A stretch of DNA of 64,000 nt from the human T2T-CHM13v2.0 reference genome, Homo sapiens: the NCBI RefSeq assembly GCF_009914755.1, contig NC_060931.1. One strand, 5' to 3'. The position numbers and the translations under genes were made by a program. Position 1 is the first letter of the stretch. The number at the start of each line of letters is the position of its first letter. The notes under the pieces were generated by a model that did not search any database, was not told where the DNA came from, and worked only from the letters and a program-made list of their open reading frames with translations. Below, in pieces: positions 57,149-64,000 of this stretch.

Positions 57149-60059
57149 CTAACAAGGAATATTTTGAAAAACTCTATGCCTACAAATTTTAGTAATCTAG
57201 ATTAAATGGGCCAATTCCTGGAAAGACACGATCTATCAAAATTTACACAAAAACTAGACAATCTGAATAGGCCTATGACCATTTAAAAATTGGATTAATT
57301 ATTAATAACCTTCCAAAGCAAAAAACACCATAGCAGATGGTTTCACTGGTGAATTATCCTAAACATATGAGGAATACATGATAGAAATCTCTTCCAGAAA
57401 TAGAAGCAGAAGGACTACTTCGTAACTATTTTGTAAAGCCAGCATTAAGCTAATACCAACACCAGATAAAGATCTAACAAAAAAGGAAAATTGCAAACCA
57501 CTATCTCTCATGAACAAAGATGGAAAAAAAATCAACAACATATTAGCAAATTGAACCCAACAATATATAAGAATTAAACATCAAAACCAAGTGAAATTTA
57601 TTCTAGGTATGCAAGGTTGGCTCAACACTCAAAAGTCAACTAATATAACCTATCATATCAATAGGCTAAAGAAAAACCAAATGATCATATGAACAGATAC
57701 AGTAAAAGCATACTCATTCATAATAAAAAAAAATCTCAAAAATAGCAGGGAACGTCCTCAACTTGATAAAGCATTTCCATCAATAACCTGCAGCTAACCC
57801 CATACTTACTGGAGAAAAAGTAGACTGTTCCTCCCCTAATACTGGGAACAAAGTAAAAATGTTTCCTCTCACCACTCCTATTCCATATCCTTCTAGAAGT
57901 TCTAGCTAATGTAACACAATAAACGGTATACAGATTGAGAAGGAAAAAATAAAACTGTCTTTGTTTGCAGATGACATAATTACCAATGTAGAAAATCCTA
58001 AAGAATCAAAGAAACAAAAAATTTCTGGAAACCAATAAGCCTTTATATCAAGCAAGGTTGTAGCATACAAGGTTAATATGCAAAGTCAACTGCTTTCCTG
58101 TGTACCAGGAATGACCAATTAACACCTGAAATTAAAAACACAGCACCACCTATATTAGTACCAAAAAAAATCTCTGTATAAATCTAATAAATAAGATCTA
58201 TATGACTACAAAATTTTGATGAAAGAAATCAAAGATGACCTAAACAAGAGGTATTTCAGGTTCACATAGGAAAAAAATACTGCTCAAATGTCAATTTCCA
58301 CAAATGGATCTATAGATTCAATAGAATCCCAGTCAAAATCCTAGTTATTTTGTGGATATCAAAAAACGGAAAGATATGGAAAGGAAAAAGACTCAGAATA
58401 GTCAACACAATGCTGAAGAGTAAGAGTAACATCAGAGGACTGACACTACCTGTCTTCAAGACTTACTATAAAGCTGCAGTAATCAGGCAGTGTGGCCTTG
58501 TTGAGAGCAAACACAAATAGACAAAATAGACTGGTGGCCCAGAAGTAGACCCATACAAATGCAGTCAAATGATCTTTGACAAAGGAGCAAAGGCAATCCA
58601 ATAAAGAACTGATAATAATCTTCTCAACAAGTGGTAAAAAGCTAGACATCCACGTGCCAAAAAAAAAAAAAAAAAAAATCAAATCCAGGCACTGACCTTA
58701 TGACTTACACAGAAATTAACTCAAAACGGATGAGAGATCTAAATGTCAATTGCAAAACTATAAGAGTTCTAGAAGAGAACATAAAACAAAACCTGGGTGA
58801 CCTGGGGGTCGGTGATGACTTTTTAGATACAATACCAAAAACATGATCAATCCATGAAAGAAAAAGCTGATGAACTGGATGGACTTCATTAAAATTAAAA
58901 ACTTCTTTCTGTGAAAGACACTGATAAAAGAAAGAAAAGGCAAGCCACAGACTCAGATAAAAATACATGTGAAACACACAGCTGATACAGGAATTGATTC
59001 TGAAATAGATAAGGAACTCTTAAAGCTCATCAATAAGACATAAACACACCCAATAAAAAATCTGACAAAGGACCTGGACGTCTCACCAAAGAAGATATAC
59101 AAATGGCAAATAGTCATATGAAAAGATGGTCAACATCATATGGCATTAGGGAATTGCAAAAGCAATGAGATATGATAGCAAAACTATTAAAATAACTAAA
59201 AATCCAAAACACTGGTAAAACTAAATGCTGGTGTGAATGTGGTGCAACAGAAACAGGGAGCCAGTCTATAAAGGCTACATACTGTATGATTCCAACTATA
59301 TGACATGCTGGAAAAGGCAACACTATAGAAAATGTAAAAAAAAAAAAAAAAAAAAAAAATCAGTGAGTGATAGGATTTCAGCAGGGAGGGGCGGGAGGAA
59401 TAACTGCAGTGCAGGGTATCTGTAGGGCAGTTAAACTATTCTGGTATGACACTGTAACGGTGGACATGATGTTATGTACTTGTGAAACCAAAACCCAATG
59501 ATCTGTACAATACAAAGACTTAAATCTAACATCAACTATGAACTTTAGTTAATAATAATGTATCAATACTGGATCATCAATTGTAACAAATTTACCTAAT
59601 ACAAAATATTATTAATAGGAGAAACTGAAGAGTAGGGAAGGAGACAGAGTATATGGCAACCCTTTGCACTTTCTGCACAATTTTCCTGTAAATGTAAAAC
59701 TGCTCTAAAAAATAAGATTTCATTTTTTAAAAAAATGCATGCCAGCTACCTATATTGAGCAAGCAGTCCTTCAAATATAAATATAAACAAACAACCAAGA
59801 ATAATAAGACAGCTGAGGAAAACCAGCAGCAAAGAGTAGAGTGACTACAATGAATACACAGTGCAAGTGTCTGACCAAAAAAAAAAAAAAAAATTCAATG
59901 GGAATTAAAAAAAACTATCTGTATCTTCAGAAATATTTACTTAAGTATTATTGTAAAGAGCACACAAAAGAGCAGGTTGCTATTAAAACAGATCAATTAG
60001 CAATTATACAAATGACTTCATGGAAAAAAAATAGCTTCTTACCATCAAAAATTCAAGAC

Positions 60060-61265
60060 TTATTAAAAGAGTCAAGGTAAATTTTACAAAATCTGGCATT
60101 CAATCAAAAGTTGCCAAAAATGCAGGAAAAAAAAAAAAACAGGAAAAGACCCATAGTGAAAATAGGAATAAAACAGAAACTGACTCAGATGATAGGAGAC
60201 AGGACATTAGAACAGTTGTTATATCTGTAGTCCATATATTTTAAAATGTAGCTAGCAGACAGGACATTAGAACAATTGTTATATCTGTAGTCCATATATT
60301 TCAAAATGTAGCTAGAGCAAAGACTGGACATATATTTAAAAAACACGCAAATCAAACTTCTAGAAATGAAAACTACAATGTCTGAAATGAAAAATACAGT
60401 GGACGGTTTTTATGGCAGATTAGATATTGTAGACAAAATATTTGTGAATTTAAAGGCATAGCAACAACTGCTATCCGAAAGAAACACAGAAAAGGAAAAA
60501 GCAAGGAGGAGGAGGAAGACGAGGAGGACAGGGAGGAAAAAATGCTATACAGCAGTGAGGTATGGGACAACTTCAAGCAGTCTAATATATCTGAAACACA
60601 GGGCCAGGGAAAGAGAAGTAGATACTTGAAAAAATCATGTCTGAAGTTTCCAAACTTGATGTAAACTTAGTTAAAACCCAGCAAGATAAAGAATAAGAAA
60701 ACTGCACAAAGGCACATCATAATCAGATCCCTTCAAACTAGTAATAAAGCGAAAAATCAGAAAAGCAGTCAGAGAAAAAAAGATACATTATGTACAGAAA
60801 ATTAAAGAAAAAAACAACAGCAGATTTCCTGTCAGAAATAATGCAAACCAGAAGATACTGGAGCAGTATCTTTAAAGAACAGAAAGAAAAACCTATCAAC
60901 TTATAATTTTATACCCAGAGAAAATTTCTTTCAAGAACTGGGATAAAATACAGACTTTTAAGTTATATCAACCTGAAAGAATTTATAAGTAGAAGACCTG
61001 CATTACAAGAAACATTTTAAAAGAAGGAAAGAAAAAAATACTTCTCCTTCTCACTGCAAGAAAATGATACCAGAGAAATACCTAGATTTAGACAGATGAA
61101 TTAAGGGTACCAGAAATGATAACCAAGTGAATAAATATAAGGTTTTTTTCCCTTACTATTTAAATGTCTCTAAAAGATAACTGAATCTTTACAGCAAAAG
61201 CTATAAAAATGCATCATGGAATTTATAACATTTGTAGAAGTAAAATACATGGCAACAATACAGCA
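60060..61265 (+). mobile_element. Old L1M 5'/ORF1 remnant
   Basis: aaggcacatcataatc, cagatttcctgtcagaaataatgcaaaccagaag, agacctgcattacaagaaa. Confidence 0.65.
60197..60315. repeat. 60-bp tandem duplication
   Basis: agacaggacattagaaca..gtagctag twice, 2 mismatches. Confidence 0.93.
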
Positions 61266-61279
61266 TAATAGTCGGTAGG

Positions 61280-61388
61280 GCTACGTCACTGGGTGATAGG
61301 GATTTTTCTGCTCCATTATAATCTTATGGGGCCTTATCACATATGTGGTCCATCACTGACTGAAACACCATTATGTGATACATTACAT
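61280..61388 (+). mobile_element. Tigger3-like terminal fragment
   Basis: gctccattataatcttatggg...catatgtggtccatcactgactgaaac. Confidence 0.6.
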
Positions 61389-61795
61389 TATGTAATACCT
61401 GGGTATTATTTTGCACTTCAAAAAAAATGTTAAAGAAATGGGTAATGTATATATAAGAAAAGTATAAAAGTGCAGAAGAAAACAAGACAAATAATAAATA
61501 AAAATTCTTGCTTTCCAATGGGAAGCCTCAATATGTCAATCTTCCTAAATTAATCTACAAATCCAATGCTACTCCAAATCAAGCCAAATGTTTTTTGGTA
61601 AAGGATAAAGCCTTAGAAAAAAACACTAAGCACATGCATATTAAAATAGCCAGAAAATATTGAAGAGTAATGAGAGACTTACTCTTATCAAACTGTATCA
61701 TCATTATGAAGCTACACTAATTAAAATCCAGTGTACTGGCCAAGAAATAAACAAATGAAAGAAATAGAAGAAACTTCAAAAATAAGTCTAAGACT

Positions 61796-62014
61796 TAGGG
61801 CTGTCTAATCTTTTGGCTTCCCTGGGCCACATTCAAAGAAGAATTGTTTTGGGCCACACATAAAATACATTAACCCTAACAATAGCTGATGAACTTTTAA
61901 AAAATTGCAAAAAAAAATATCATGTTTTAAGACTGTTTATGAATTTGTTTTGGGCTGTATTCAAAACCGTCCTGGGCCACATGCAGCCCATGGGCCACGG
62001 GTTGGAAAAGCTTG
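61796..62014 (+). mobile_element. MER30 hAT DNA transposon
   Basis: aatcttttggcttccctgggccacatt...gggttggaaaagcttg. Confidence 0.85.
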
Positions 62015-62060
62015 GTCTACGTACTCCTTGTAATTTAGTAAATTATAAAAGCAGCATTTC

Positions 62061-62360
62061 AGACAGGCGCGGTGGCTCACGCCTGTAATCCCAGCACTCT
62101 GGGAGGCTAAGGTGGGCAGATAACGAGGTCAAGAGATCAAGACCATCCTGGCCAACAAGGTGAAACCCCATCTCTACTAAAAATACAAAAGTTAGCTGGG
62201 CGTGGTGGTGCATGCCTGTAGTTCCAGCTACTCAGGAGGCTGAGGCAGGAGAATCTCTTGACCTGGGAGGTGGAGCTTGCAGTGAGCAGAGATAGCGCCA
62301 CTGTACTCCAGTCTGGGTGACAGAGCAAGACTCCGTCTCCCAAAAAAAAAAAAAAAAAAA
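62061..62360 (+). mobile_element. AluSc-like with TSD
   Basis: gaggtcaagagatcaagacc; flanks agcatttca. Confidence 0.93.
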
Positions 62361-63519
62361 GCATTTCATATGGGAGAAAATAAATTGCTCAATAAATGGT
62401 GTTGGGACAACTAGCCATTTATAAAAATAAAAAGCTGGATTTCTATTACATTCCTTTTCCAAATTCACTTCCAGAAAGATTAAAGATTTAAATGTTCAAA
62501 ATAAAACCATAAAAATACCAGAAAAATGTGAGCAAATATTTTTGCAATTCTGAGCTAGGGAACTTGATATGATAATAGAAAGATTATTCCACTTAACTAC
62601 AAAAAATGTTAAACCTGTACAATGACCAAAACCAAGTACTTGTCAAAAGATAAATGACAAACCACAAAAAATACTACAGTATAGAATTATTATCTTTAAC
62701 ATATAAAGTGCTCCTCCAAGTCACTAAGACAAAAACAAATAATCCAATAGAAAATTGGTCTAAGGACAAGAAGAGGCAATTCACAGAAGAAATATAAATG
62801 GTCAACTGATATGAAAAGATATTCAATTTCACCAAAAACTATGAATTGAACAATAAGATGTTTTCACCAGTGTGAGACTGTCTACAGGGAAAACTATTAC
62901 ACCCATTAATAGAGGTTAATTACACATAAATATAACTTGATATAAGGCAGTAATATATTAATAAAAAGGATGCAACAGATATAAACATGGAAATATATAT
63001 TTATATATATTAATAAAAGTGAAAAAGTTAAGTTGCAGAACAATATGTATACCATGTTTCTAGCAAATTAAAGAGAATAGCACTTTAGCACTTGGCCAAA
63101 GCCATCCTCTTCCAATGCTGCTGGCCAAGTAAAACATTAGCTAGACTGTTCCCTCTGTAATCTTGAGCTTGACACCTTCACAGATCTAATCCCACTCCCA
63201 CAGCCGCAATAATCAACACTAGAGTCCAAAGTTCTAGTTCCTACTATCTAGCCATTTATAGTATGAGGTTTTGTTGTCATCCAGAATTCACAAGCCAATT
63301 AAATATTGCCAATTTTTTCTTCACGTTTCTGGTATCTAGCCTTGGAATGACAACTAGATTTCATCTATCGTGAACCTGGACAATTGGTAGTGGTTGCCTC
63401 TAGGAATACAACAGGTAGTTAGAAACCATGTCTGAACTCAGTAGGAAAAAATGCTGTGATTGTTGGTGTCTGCCATGGACACATACATCAAGGACTTAGT
63501 CCTTTTTTTTGCTATACAT

Positions 63520-63741
63520 CAGGGGTGTCCAATCTTTTGGTTTCCCTGGGCCACATTGGAAGAAGAAGAATTGTCTTGAGTCACACACAAAATACGGTAA
63601 CACCAATGATAGGTGATGAGCAAAACAAAAACAAAAAACTGCAAAAAAAAAACCCAAAATCTCAAACTGTTTTAAGAAAGTTTATGAATTTGGATTGGGC
63701 CACCTTCAAAGCCATCCTGGGCCGCAGGTTGGACAAGCTTG
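63520..63741 (+). mobile_element. MER30 hAT DNA transposon (second copy)
   Basis: CAGGGGTGTCCAATCTTTTGG...ggttggacaagcttg. Confidence 0.88.
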
Positions 63742-64000
63742 CTCTAGAAGCTGCCACAATTCCAGGTTTCTTAGTCAGATCTGATGTGCTGAACTAATAA
63801 ATAAGAAATTTAGTAAACAATAAAGTATTACTCAATCCTTATTTCTATTATGAATAATAATTTCCAATTTTCTTTCTCCAGATCCTTCCTATCTTGAAAT
63901 TTCTTGAAGAAATCTTAGTGTTTCCTTACTTTCTAGGGAATAAAGTTCAATCCTTAAGACTTGAAGTTCAAAGGTCTTCCAAAATCTAGCCTCAATTTAC

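Larger units (their letters stand above)
61520..63060 (+). mobile_element. Old L1 ORF2/3' remnant with nested MER30 and Alu
   Basis: aaattaatctacaaatccaatgc, caataaatggtgttgggacaact, aggcaattcacagaagaa. Confidence 0.65.

Noticed and set aside
61796-63741. Two similar ~220-bp segments as a local duplication
   Set aside because: Independent MER30 insertions with different flanks.

Overview
Human (primate) genomic DNA: AT-rich, CpG-depleted and full of Alu/L1/L2/MIR/DNA-transposon/LTR relics. It carries most of WASL (N-WASP) on the minus strand: coding exons 2-11 (33958 down to the TGA at 9273-9275), a ~2.6 kb 3'UTR ending near 6.7 kb, and ~30 kb of intron 1. Exon 1 lies beyond the right edge. 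All ten exons have GT/AG boundaries and splice in frame into the WH1-basic-CRIB-polyPro-WH2-WH2-C-A protein. The most unusual unexplained structure is a near-perfect non-Alu inverted repeat in the last intron (11463-11545 / 13411-13493, 80 of 83 bp complementary). Its 3 mismatches are all G-U wobbles on the WASL pre-mRNA strand, and it continues as an older, more diverged stem split by an Alu insertion. Other notable items: a tailless U2 snRNA retro-fragment inside a MER2, a templated-insertion scar inside an Alu, a cluster of miR-142-3p seed sites, a strong CTCF motif, a tandem splice donor, and inverted Alus around a stop-free, frame-closed exon 9-10 unit. Repeat subfamily names come from remembered consensus sequences, not from a search.
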